From: Asterionella formosa
Lineage: Eukaryota
DNA length: 64,000 nucleotides
Assembly: GCA_002256025.1 (NCBI GenBank)
Contig: NKIB01012576.1
Span: 1-64,000 of the forward strand
Direction: 5' to 3'
Shown: piece by piece, positions 35,043 through 46,186 of the stretch
How positions within the stretch are numbered: the stretch's first letter is position 1
How the letters are laid out: every line of letters begins with the position of its first letter
Notes under the pieces: generated by a model
Seen by the model: only the letters and a program-made list of their open reading frames with translations
Database searches by the model: none
Told to the model about the DNA's origin: nothing
Program-made: the position numbers and the translations under genes

Positions 35043-38000
35043 CGCTCCTCGGCCAATGGCAGTGGGTTCATGGTCAGGGTGTCGATGTGTTTGTACCCTA
35101 GGATCACGTCACGGAATTTTCGAAAAAGGGCTCCTTGCAATGGTTTTGTAAAAAAATCCGCTAGCATCCGCAAAGTTGGGCAGTGTCGTATGGTAATTTT
35201 GTTGTCCTTGATGCGGTCCTTAATCCAGAAATAACGTAAGTCAATATGCCTAGATTTAGGTCCTGCCGACATTGTTCCATTCTTCTCAAGCTTGATGGCA
35301 CTCTCGTTATCCTGTTCAAGGAAATTTTCAACAATCATATGTCCTTGTGCCATGAGGAACATCTTCACCCAGATGGCGTTAGGCAAATAATCACTAGCTC
35401 CCACAAGTTCTGCCTCCGTCGAGCTTTTTGTATTGAGCTTTTGCTTACTTGACTTACATATGATGCCTCCAGTCCCAAAGGACATCACTCCTCCTGTGTG
35501 GCTCTTCATGTCGGGATGTACTGCATATGATGCATCCACCCAGGATCTCATTCTTCCCATATCATCTGCACCTAATGTGTATTCGAGGTCCATGGACCCT
35601 CTGATATATTCCAGCAGACGTTTGAGTTTCGCTTGGTCCTGTGTGGTGCTTTTGGATACCCTTGTGCACAGGAAACCAACAGCCAATAGTATGTCCATCC
35701 TTGCCCTTATAGACACATACAGGAGCTTTGCCACTATTTTGTGGAAAGATTCGGCCTCTTGCTTACAAAGTACTAGCTTGGCTCCATCATCAACGTCAAA
35801 CAGATTCTTTCTAGCTGGTGTAGCAACAAACCTCATGATCTCTAGGCCTGATTCTATGATTGCCTCTATAAGGTACTCCTTCATCGTAATTACAGCGGTG
35901 CGTTCATTAGTGTATCGTATGTTCATTCCTAGAAACACATGTTCCTTCCCTCTGGTCACTGTCATTTTGTCGAAACGTTTCTCGATTTTTTTTTATGATC
36001 ATGGTTACTACTGCAGGTTCCACATGGGAAATCTTGTTGTCGTCAATGTACCATGCAATTGTACACTGACTTCCATCAATTATACAGTTCGCGATGCATG
36101 GGTCATAGGGATTAAGTACAAAACCCATTTTGTTTAGGGTGTTGTTAAACAGATCGTACCAGAGCAGAGCCGATTTTACACATCCGTAAATCGCTTTCAC
36201 TAACCGGACATAGAGCACCTTAACACCTTTTTCCACAGCTATGATCCTCTTGTGCAGTGGGTTCATCTCACACAGTATGGCAACTGCATCGTCCATGAAC
36301 TTCATCACCACGAAATCGTCCATGTCTGCCTTCAGGTATGCCCCCGTCATGTCTGCGGTGGCCACGTCCCTTCCTTCATGCGCGTCCACAATTATAGACA
36401 GCATGAGTGCATCGGTGGACACTGTTGGTGATGCAGTCTCAGACTTGTCATACAACATGTGCTGTGTTTGTCCATCTGCTACAGTTCGCCCTTTAAGTCG
36501 TCCATCTCGTTTCTCTTTGATCAGGTTAATCGCCCTAAGGGCGCCCTATTTTGTTCTTTGGTCAGGGACAACGGATTCATGGACTCGTACACATTCAGAT
36601 CCTCCAACTGTGCAAACTCCGCCATCAGTGCTTCCTCGGCTACCCTTCCATGTTTCTTTATCCCTGCTTTTGCCGTCATCTGCGTCATGATATGCCCAAA
36701 AACGAGGGCCCTTATGCTCTCGTCGCTCAAAGGTGATCTCGTGCACATGGCTCCGTGCTGTATGAACTGCATTGGCGGGTAGTAGGACTTACTGTTATGT
36801 GGGTTGTCCATGGACTCCTCAAATGACTGGGCGGCCTTATTGCCTCCACGATCCCGAAGGTTGTATGTTCTGGTGGGAGAGGTTTGCTGCATTCCCAGCC
36901 ACTCGGTTGTTGTGGTCGTTGCCGCCTTCTTCGCGTTGCGCTCCTACAACTACCACCTGTTCTCCTTGTTCGTATCCTACATTTTCGTGGTAGGTGATGT
37001 CTTCTTCGTATTCGCTTTCTTCGTCGAGTTCGTCTTCTTCTTCGTGTTCGATGTCCAGGGCTCCTAGGTTGCCTTGGTCGAAGTTTGTGTCATCACATTC
37101 TTCAGTTTCGAGACCATCACCAACGAGAACATGAGGTTCGGTCTCATTTCCCTCAATCACGATGTGCGCTTCTTGGTCCACTGCGTCATTCTCAGGCTCG
37201 GAGGCATTGGCAAGCAGATCGGCGATTTCTTCTTCGTCGATGGGTGCGAAAATGTCGGCCTCAAAAGGATTGTCCTCAGTCGGTGTATTGCCAGGCTCAG
37301 TGTAGTCGCGGTCATATTCATCATCGTCAATGGCCTGGTCGGGGCGCCATTCAACAACAAGACCACGCTCCTGTATGGGGTGTTGCCCATCGTGTAGGGC
37401 AATGGCCTCGACGCAGGCGATGGCGGTGTCAGTGATGGGTAGCAGGGTCCATTGGTGTCTGGAAATCTTGGCTCCGGTGGCAAGCGACATGAAATAGTAG
37501 TCGCCTTGCGCGTTGCCGGTGGGGTTGAGAGATATGGCCCCTAAAGATTGGGAACGTGGGGTGTTTGAGGGGTCGTTGTCTTCGAATACTTGTACGTATG
37601 AGCCAAATTCTAGTCGCGTGTTGTTGTAGTCGGGGTTGGCAGCACCAGCGATGATACAAGCTGGGCTAAGCGTATCTGAAACCCCGTTCTTGTGTGGGAA
37701 TTGGTTCAAACATCGCACAACATCGGCGACCATGTGGGTTATCATTAGTTTTGGCAGGCGCTTGAAAGGTAGCCCGTGAACGCAAGCACGGATTCGCTCC
37801 TTAATGGTGCGAGTAGAGCGTTCGATTTCGCCAACATGACTGTCAGTGGGCACGATGTTCATTTCGATAGGACGGATGTCTTCACGAATGCAATCGAATT
37901 CATTATCTGCATGTATATCGCGTACTGTTAAACCGCGTGATTGATACATCTGTATGGCGGCTTGAGTTTCACGAAGAATGGTGGAAGACCGGCGGTCTGG

Positions 38001-39983
38001 GACCGGGCTTACGGTCCGGAAACCAATTCCACGTGATATCGTGTGGTGGAATATGAGCCCTTGCACAAAAAAGAAATCTACACACAGTGTAATGTTGTGG
38101 TGATGCTTCAGGATGGGTGCTGGTATGGGCACGGCAATGAAGGTTGGAGCGCGTGGTGTAGCTTCGGACCGGGTCATTTTTCCTTTGAGGACAGCAATGT
38201 CGGGGCCATAGATAAGGAGTGCTCGTTTGGCATCGTCTGGTGTCACCGGACAGTTCCGAATGAGGTTCTTTCTGAGGATCGATTGGAACTCGATCTCATC
38301 AGGCCGCCCAATTTTTCTGTAAAGATCCCTAGCTTCATCAGCCAATTTGATTTCCCGATGCGAAAACATTGTTTTTTGTTGTGCTACTGTGTAGACCATG
38401 GTGCACGCGTTGACACAGTTACTAGTAGCGTTAGGGTTGAAAATATAGAGTCCGGAAGGGTGTCCAATAAACTTCATGACCGGTCCGTCAAGTCGGTGTA
38501 CAAATATGGTTGGTTCCTTAGATGTATCCATGGATACCTTGCATACTTTGCGCACATCGGCAAGTGACAAAATGTTGGCATTGGAATCGGGGTTGTACCA
38601 CACCTGTCCAAGGTTTGGGAAGTCACCAATCATGTTGGAATCCTGGTGTCCCCCATTTGTCAGTGCGCGGAGTACATGTGGACTGCTTCTAATGTTCTGT
38701 AGCATTTGCGGGTTCTTGAACACAGAGATTGTGGATTGCGAGTCCAGAAGTATCCAGTTAGGGTCGATATTTGTCTCATTTGCTTGGGCAAGCATGTACG
38801 CATGTTGCACCAATGTTGTGCCAGTGTTCGTCGTTCCTTGTGTCTCAGGGCAGTCGCTTGCATAGTGCCCAATGTTCTGGCAGTTGTAACATATGACGTC
38901 GTCATGTGTCACTCCGTTGATGCCGGCGGTCGCTCCTCGTTGTGTGAAGGTCATGGCACTGGCCTCAGGGCTACCAGCGGGTTGACTGGGGGTTGGGTTT
39001 CTGGCACGTGTGTTTTCGGGGGTCCTGTAGTTCACAAGTAGGCTGTAGGCTGATGCAATGTCGGTCGGGTAATCATCCTTCCCCATTGTGTACTGATTGG
39101 AGAGACCAACGATGAGTGTGCCATATCTGGTTGCATCAGCACCACGGATTAAAGCAATTGCAAGGGTTCTATCACGTGCAATGGCCTTCCGCTCATCAAT
39201 GCTGCATATGGTTCCGTCGTCCGCAGCCATCGGGACCAATTTGTGATTTTCGGCAACCGTTCCGCCATGGTACTCAATGGTGTCAGCGCAACCTTTTAGG
39301 GTCTCAAGGTAAGCGTCAGCTGTTTGCCATTGTTGCTGTCGGCAGGTTAGGAAACTGGTTCTTGCATCGAGGAGTGATATAAACCCATTGCGCTTCTCGT
39401 CAAACTGCAACGTAATGGCCTTGATCTGCTTGAGCAACCAGAAACAATCATTGTCTACAGTCTTGGCCTTGTAATCATCAAGTGACTTTACTTTGGCCTT
39501 CATGGCCTCGCTACACTGCCCCCAAATCACGGCATGGATTGTGGCTAGGTTGCTTCTGAGGGTGTGGGTACGCTTCACGTACTCCTTGACTTCCTCCGCC
39601 CAAATGTTTTCGGCTGTTTTACTTGGGTCCTTCCCTGGGTCCATTGGCATGGAGACTGTTGGGGCCTCCATTTTGTCGGCAAATAGTGTGGCAAGGTCTT
39701 CCGAGTACTTGAGGGACTTCTTGACATATCCTTCCAAAGCCTCAAGCGTTTTGCTGTATTGACGACGGTCACTCTGTTCTTCGTAGCACTCAAAAACTTG
39801 ACCGTTCATGTCATCGTCGGTGGTGCTGCGGAAGTTGGTGCGTGCTGGTCCTGGTCCACGGCCTCTGCGTCCTCCTCGTCGTCCCCTTCCGCGACCTCTG
39901 CTGCCGTTGGTCCGCTGCGATCCAGTGGTGCCGTTCGGTGGCGCTGTAATGGCATTCTGTGCTGCTTCGCTGGCGCTGATCAT
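34895..39983 (-). pseudogene. gag-pol polyprotein split by about three frameshifts
   Basis: Zn knuckle CYNCQNIGHYASDC, protease LLDSQS, integrase CVDFFF/HADNEF/EIER, RT WYIDD, RNase H WVDASYA/STEAEL/QDNESAI/ADFFTKPL. The pieces are 39983-36837, 36892-36521, about 36520-35990 and about 35990-34895. Confidence 0.92.
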
Positions 39984-40031
39984 TCTGCTCCTTTATTTGA
40001 GTTTTGTTATATATATTTTATCTCGAAACAA

Positions 40032-40342
40032 TGTTGCAAAATCTATTTTCCCCGACATACCATAGGCCCTGAACCTATGATTGTTTCAAGAATCGGTTAT
40101 ATTTGATTGAGTTGAAGGTAAGAAGAAAGTCGGATCAAACTTCGTTCTTACTAACTGGATTGTTTCGAGATAATGATCTTGAAACAAGTCTTATCTACTT
40201 CTGTATGATGGTTGGTGTACCTCTACGCACCACCTCAGACCAAGTAAGTGGTACTGTCGAATCTTCTCTCCTTGTAACTAGTGTGCCAGTAACGGTACCC
40301 GGAGTTCCTGTCCCACAGTCATCAGGTCGCCATTTTTCAACA
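40032..40342 (-). repeat. 5' LTR of the young copia element
   Basis: Direct repeat of 34732-35042; the gag ATG lies 49 nt downstream at 39983. Confidence 0.97.
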
Positions 40343-40757
40343 TCGATAAAACGTAAAATTATAAAGAAAAGTGAAAAGTTTCTAAGCAGTTGTCTATAGT
40401 TGTGACTGTTCTGGTCAGATATTGACCCATCTGACACGTTGTATTGGCCTTATACGTATTCATGTATGATGCAAATTACATATCACTGCCTTTTTCTGAA
40501 AGGTTGTTAGTTCATTGCTCTGCTTTACCTAACTGTATGCTTCACAAGACTATTTTGATTAAAACTACATTCCAAACTCCGGTTAATCGACTGGGATGTA
40601 CCCCGCACTATGATCTGTGTAGGGATATAAATTTATCTGGGATTAGGACGCGCCCAGGTGATGTCGTTTTCAAAAACGGGGTCATAAACGCAGAACAGGG
40701 GGAGTGCAACAATTATAAATTGTCTCTTCAAAACGTTTCCTCCTTCAATAGCGAATT

Positions 40758-41207
40758 CTACAACATGGGAAGGCCCCACGTTTTTCGCGTCAACACCCCG
40801 TTTCCAAGATCGATCACGTAAGAAGGCGGATTTACATGGATGCTGGGTTTGGATGACTTCACTGAGTAAATCCTCTCCGACATTGATTTGGATTTTGTGT
40901 TTTGTGCGGTTGCCTCTCGATCTGCAGCCGTAAATCCTTCACATGCGAAATACAAATCACAGGTGTCTAACAAGAATTCATATTCTATGGGAGTAGGTGG
41001 AGGGGCACCGGAGCCTTCAACTGGGATAACTAAGCATGGCTCGTTCCTTGAGTGAGGGTTTCGTAGACGAGAGACAGTTGGTTTGTCGGGAGGGACATTA
41101 TCGAACTCCGGTAGCTCTTCATGACGATCACTCGCACGTGTGAGTGGCGAGTCATGTTCAGAAAATCCTTTTGTTACCAGAGAGCCGGACATGGGCACTG
41201 GGTCCAT
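40758..41207 (-). CDS. Hypothetical protein (possibly a first exon)
   Basis: ATG-initiated ORF of about 149 aa in CpG-retaining sequence, divergent from the 42068 gene. No recognised motif. Confidence 0.3.
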   Translation of the reverse strand: MDPVPMSGSLVTKGFSEHDSPLTRASDRHEELPEFDNVPPDKPTVSRLRNPHSRNEPCLVIPVEGSGAPPPTPIEYEFLLDTCDLYFACEGFTAADREATAQNTKSKSMSERIYSVKSSKPSIHVNPPSYVIDLGNGVLTRKTWGLPML

Positions 41208-42067
41208 TGTTGAGATGATCGCTGGGGACGAAAAATTACAGGTCAAGTGTTTCTTTCCGAGCACTTTGATGGCTTGTCGCCTGCTTCTATGAATATATAT
41301 CGGGAACTTCGAACTACCGGTATTTGTAAGCAATGCTAAATCGGATACAATTTTCCTACGTTCTTGTTAACACGACCAAGTTCATCAGACCGTGTATATT
41401 AGCAATAGCTTGTGATGGTTTGGCCAAGAAGAATATCATTGATTCTCGACAAAATGGACGTGAGTCAACCAATGAAACGAGGAGTGAGGTGCTCCATCGT
41501 CAGACAAAAGCATTATTAGATAACGGTTACTAGCGGCCCGATATCATTCCGATTGTTTTTTGCAAGAATAACATACCAGTACTATACAGTCTACGTACCC
41601 GTATTATGTACCGGTATGAATATTCCTCGGAGTCAGAAATAAAAGTGCTGTACATACAGGACATACTGTGTTCTCATTTTCATTAAACTGTAACGGGAGG
41701 TAACGGTAATATCCCTTGTGCGTTAAATCCTCACGATACATATGAAGGCACCGCCGGGCCGGCCAACTTAGAACAACATCAATGCATCCATGCATATGGA
41801 GTTGTATATTCCTTCTTTTATATGAGGAGCTTTTGCTGATGACCTCATAAGATACCTGGATATGTATCATTATGTACTCATTAATTTAAACACATCCCGC
41901 TAATCGGGATTGATGTACAGTACATACAGGATCGATCCCCACCCAGTAGTGTGCATCCTTTGAAAAAAACCAATTGCTCCACAATTACGATCCGCATTGA
42001 TACACATTGCTTATCAGTTGTTATCTTCTTCTCTTTCAAGAGCCTAGTCAAACCTCCATCTCTCATT

Positions 42068-43768
42068 ATGCCTGGCTGGCTCAAGAATAAATTGTCAAAA
42101 GCAACAGAACCCGTCGCGGCAAACGCCGATGATGAGCTCGAGCCAACTGTTACTTCCTGGAAAGCTGCAGGTCTCAAATGCAATGCGCTTGCGCTCGATA
42201 CTGTAGAGCTTTGTCGTGGAACAGAAGTAATGGGGGATAATATGCTGAGTATTGGAACTGAACTTCAGGAGACACTTAGTGGCTTTCAGGGGGCAGTGGA
42301 TGCTTCAGCCTTTGCAACAATTCAGAATCTGTTGAGTGGTGACAAGGTGCACAATGCTTTGGGTTTGGCCAGGGATATGAAAACTAAGGCGATAGAATGT
42401 GTGTCAAAATCAGTAGAAATGATCCAAGTTATGGAAGATGCGATAGAGAAGCTGCCAGACCCAATCGAAAAGGCAATCAGGAATGTGATGAAAGCTAAGC
42501 CTCACAGCAAGGCTTCCAAGAAAACCTTGGAATCAGTTTCGAATTTGGACAAAGATATCGAAGATGTTGCGACATGCATTACTTCAATTAAGGAAATGAA
42601 TTTATTTACAGCCTTGGAAGTTGGTCTCAAAGCATTTGAAAACTTCAAGAACAAAGCCAAAGTATCCAGAGACTTGTTTTGTGAAATCCGAGGATACTCG
42701 CAGACAGTAGTCGACATTACAAATGCTTTTAACGACCTTGATGTTGTCACTTTAATACGCAAGGTCAAGGAAATGTGGAAGTGTATCAAGCTAACAGGCT
42801 TGATGAGAAAACTTGCTGAAGGTCTAGGCAAGCTCATTGGTATTGTGATTGATTTGTTTGAAGAAACGTCAGGAAGAGTTGCTGGTCTCTGGAAGGCCCT
42901 TGCATTTGCAAAAGATTGCATGATGGACTGTGCCTTTCATGTAAAGGAGGCAAAAGCTCTGTGCTCTGATGCAGCAAAGAAGAGCTCCACCCTAGTAAAT
43001 GAGTCTCGTGCCATCAAGTGCCAACTTGAAGATATGGGTGCACTAAATGCTTCATCGCTCCGGGCATTTCGTGACTTGGCGGATGGGGTTGAAATTCGAA
43101 GTGCAATCGCCATAGCTGAAATAATGGAAGGCCTAGTCGTGAAATGTGCAGAGAAGGCTGCGTCAATGGTTGATCGAGTGCAGGAAGGCTTTGCAAACCT
43201 GCCTCCAATCGTGACTGATGGAATCCCCCCAGATGCTGGGGAAGAAGAAAATGATCCAAAGCCAGCTAATGTTGAAAGAGGGATTTCGGATTTGGAGGCT
43301 TGTAGAGTGTCCATTGAAGGTGCTGATATGTTCCACGCGCTGACATCTGGGGCACGCGGCTTCTCCGAGGTCTCTATCCAAGTTGACTCTTGCACGCAGT
43401 TGCTTGGCTTGATTGAAGGTTTTGCACAATCGTGTCTTGATGCAATCGAATCTTTTATGGGAGTATGGGATATTGAAAGTGCCAGGGCAAAGATCATCAA
43501 ACTTCTTCGTCTCGGGAACTTGGGTAAAATGATGAAGCAAGTTGCAAATCAAGTCAAGAGACTAGTTTTTGCGGTAATTGCATTGCTGAAGACTGCAGTC
43601 AACAAGTTTTCAGACATGAATGTGAATGATCTCAAAGGCAATATTGGCAAGAACTTGAATCAGGTATTAGGTTTTGTGAAAAATGTTGACATTGAAGGCC
43701 TGAATAAGCTCAATTTTGTTGAAGTGAATGAGAGCGCTGATTCTTGGTTAAGGAATAGTTGCTGCTGA
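42068..43768 (+). CDS. Uncharacterised all-alpha/coiled-coil protein made of two tandem ~250-aa repeats
   Basis: 566-aa ATG-initiated ORF. The halves align by eye (ALGLARDMKTKAIECVSKS..EKLPDPI vs AIAIAEIMEGLVVKCAEKA..ANLPPIV; NLDKDIEDVATC vs NVERGISDLEAC). Confidence 0.8.
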   Translation: MPGWLKNKLSKATEPVAANADDELEPTVTSWKAAGLKCNALALDTVELCRGTEVMGDNMLSIGTELQETLSGFQGAVDASAFATIQNLLSGDKVHNALGLARDMKTKAIECVSKSVEMIQVMEDAIEKLPDPIEKAIRNVMKAKPHSKASKKTLESVSNLDKDIEDVATCITSIKEMNLFTALEVGLKAFENFKNKAKVSRDLFCEIRGYSQTVVDITNAFNDLDVVTLIRKVKEMWKCIKLTGLMRKLAEGLGKLIGIVIDLFEETSGRVAGLWKALAFAKDCMMDCAFHVKEAKALCSDAAKKSSTLVNESRAIKCQLEDMGALNASSLRAFRDLADGVEIRSAIAIAEIMEGLVVKCAEKAASMVDRVQEGFANLPPIVTDGIPPDAGEEENDPKPANVERGISDLEACRVSIEGADMFHALTSGARGFSEVSIQVDSCTQLLGLIEGFAQSCLDAIESFMGVWDIESARAKIIKLLRLGNLGKMMKQVANQVKRLVFAVIALLKTAVNKFSDMNVNDLKGNIGKNLNQVLGFVKNVDIEGLNKLNFVEVNESADSWLRNSCC

Positions 43769-43878
43769 ACAAGAACACCTTTGAAAAAATCAAACACCAA
43801 GATTGAAGGAACTCACAGAGAAGACTAATTATTTGCTACGTATTCATCTAGCTAATAATTATCATCTACGAAGCATGC

Positions 43879-45069
43879 CTAGTCGCTGTGATCTATGTCG
43901 CCGGAAGAAGTGGTGGCAGCAGAAGCTCCTTGTTCACGTGCTTCTCGCTTTGCTTTTCTCGCCAAGCGTTTTGCTTCAATTTCTTCGGGTGTGTCCTTGC
44001 TTTGACTCCTCCCTCGCTTGTCCCCATTGTTGGATGATTCAATTGTTCCTTTGCGCCTTCGGCCTTTATTGAAGGAGCCATTGTTGCGCCTGCGATCTTT
44101 CATAATCATCCTTTCCCGTCGAATCCAATCCTCTTCCTCAGAGGGCATTGCCGGAAATGCCTCTGGGGGTGAATGTAAAATGATACTCTCCCCCATCTCT
44201 GAAAACATTCCCAACCGGATTGAAGCAACACGTAGAAATTGGTCGTCGTCTCCCTTTCTTTCCAGTAGATATATCTCACCTACTCGAAAAGTCAGATCAG
44301 TTGGCCACCACTGCTCGATTTCACGTTGAGCTTGAGTTGACTCATCTAGATTGGGAAAGTGCGAGATTGTCATGTGAGGAGTGAACACTCCGTTTTTTTT
44401 CTGGTCGTCACATTCTGGGAATTGTTCTTGAAGGAGAGACTGTAGCTCAATCAGTGGCTCCACATGACTTGTGCACTCATCACGACGACTAGTTGGATAG
44501 AACCATAGAACTCCTCGCTTCACACCTCCAAAACACCCGAGCTTATCAAGAGTGACATAAAATGGTTCACATTTGTTTGTTGCTGCTCGGAGTCTATCAA
44601 CGATATCATCTCGAATGGATAGTGAGTTTGATTGACTGCAGTCATCCTTCGGTTTGATATCTATGAATGGATATAGTAGATTGACATGCGGCGGCCATCG
44701 AAAAAGTCCCGGATCTTTCATCTGCATCCTCGCCTCTGTAATATTTTGCCATGCCTCGACTTGTGAGGGGTGAGGGACCATGCAGACGGTCAAGGTATGG
44801 TGTTTTCGTGGCGCGGGAGTCACTCTGTTTCTCGATTCGTGTTCCAATCCAAGCGCAGCACTATCCAAAGCTGATCCTTCATCACTTCGTTCCATGATTT
44901 TGGATTTCCTCTGGCAAAACCGAGGTCTTGTCGCCTTATCCCGTCGTACACCCCACAAGCTGGGATTGGAGTTATTGATTCCTGTTTGTTGTGATTGTCT
45001 CGACGCACATTCCATAAGTGAGTTAAACCTTGTCACAAGAAACAAAAATGTTGTAGCACCAATCCTCAT
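43879..45069 (-). CDS. 2H phosphoesterase (2'-5' RNA ligase/LENG9-like) with a basic C-terminal tail
   Basis: Two His motifs, RWPPHVNLLYPF and FTPHMTISHF, plus FRVGEIYLLER. The start codon is uncertain. Confidence 0.82.
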   Translation of the reverse strand: MRIGATTFLFLVTRFNSLMECASRQSQQTGINNSNPSLWGVRRDKATRPRFCQRKSKIMERSDEGSALDSAALGLEHESRNRVTPAPRKHHTLTVCMVPHPSQVEAWQNITEARMQMKDPGLFRWPPHVNLLYPFIDIKPKDDCSQSNSLSIRDDIVDRLRAATNKCEPFYVTLDKLGCFGGVKRGVLWFYPTSRRDECTSHVEPLIELQSLLQEQFPECDDQKKNGVFTPHMTISHFPNLDESTQAQREIEQWWPTDLTFRVGEIYLLERKGDDDQFLRVASIRLGMFSEMGESIILHSPPEAFPAMPSEEEDWIRRERMIMKDRRRNNGSFNKGRRRKGTIESSNNGDKRGRSQSKDTPEEIEAKRLARKAKREAREQGASAATTSSGDIDHSD

Positions 45070-46186
45070 TTCCCATGAAACACTTTGCAATAGATAGTCA
45101 AATGTTTTTCTTGGGCATTTGCGATAAATCAAGAAATTTCCTTTTCATTTTTGAATTGAACAGCATTGTAATGGAATGCATGCAACCTAGCACGACATAA
45201 TATTCATGATATGGAGGAACAACACTACCGGTACCGGTATTGGGTATGCATACCGGTACATATTGGCTACCTGGTACCAGGTACCAGGTACCGTTGACAG
45301 GACATTGTATGGTGATGTAAAAGAATGGCAGCAACTAAGCAAATACTGGTAGCGAAACTGATAGCAAATTGGTTTCGCCCTCCTTTTTTCAGCAGAATCA
45401 GACGAAGTTCCAGCCGAAACCAATTCAAAACATAGCTACCGGATCCCTGCTACCGTATATGCTGGTATATAATTACAGAATCGGAAAGTATGCATTTACC
45501 GCTACCTGGTATTCTGTTTTGTCTTTATATACCGGTACCGGTAGCTCCATTTTGAAGTGGCTGACGATCGATAAATAGAAATACAGGTATATTTTTCGTT
45601 CTTCATATTTTACCACCACATGCATGGTTTTGTGGTACAGGTCTCTGTACCATTACGACAGTACTGGTAGACCACCTGGTACCAGGGTACTCAAATCCCA
45701 CGTAGTCTATATTTACAGGTTACAATAGCTTATCACCCACCTTGAAAGTTTTGTACCCGGTACTAGGAGGCAAACAATCAACTCGTACAAGGTACCAGGT
45801 ACCAGGTACCAGTACCCAGATCGCATACCTAGGTGCGGATCTTCATGAAGGACAGCTGTGGTCACAGCTGATGCAACTGCTGTACTCCGAGAATTGCACT
45901 GGTAGCTGGTACCAGGTAGACTATGGTACCAAGTACCAATCCCGGTATTTTACACATTTGATGGACGTTTCAAAACAGATGTACGGCACGAGTAGGACAA
46001 ACAACAGTTGCCTCATCCCTTCGTTAAGCCATTATGTATGTTCTTCTGTTGTTTTAAAAGGACTGGACCAATCCTGCGTTATCGCAGAAGGGAACATCGG
46101 TGATATTGAATGTTCTAAAACTTCGTCGGGTGTTGACTCAACTGTGTATATCGTTCATTTTTTTGCTTTTATAGTTGAGCTGCATC

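Larger units (their letters stand above)
34732..40342 (-). mobile_element. Young Ty1/copia (CoDi-like) LTR retrotransposon, 5611 bp
   Basis: Two 311-bp LTRs read TGTTG...CAACA with only 2 mismatches seen. TSD TCGAT at 34727-34731 and 40343-40347. Domain order is gag-PR-IN-RT-RH. A purine-rich GAGGAGCG precedes the 3' LTR. Confidence 0.97.
27406..40480 (-). mobile_element. Old CoDi-like LTR retrotransposon shell containing nested insertions
   Basis: Two diverged LTRs read TGTAAAG...AATTA(C/G)A: one at 27406-27589, the other at 34648-34731 plus 40348-40480 (split by a younger element). Outer flanks GATCAC/TATCAC look like a TSD. A G-run PPT (plus strand 27594-27601) adjoins the 3' LTR, and a Gag relic lies inside. 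Confidence 0.75.

Noticed and set aside
36521..36892. Programmed ribosomal frameshifting in pol
   Set aside because: The shifts fall between IN and RT and within RT, not at a gag-pol junction; mutation or assembly error is more likely.
27241..41207. Host gene split by the old LTR element (40758-41207 ORF spliced to 27241-27405)
   Set aside because: An acceptor-like TTTCAG exists near 40495, but I could not build a convincing continuous reading frame.
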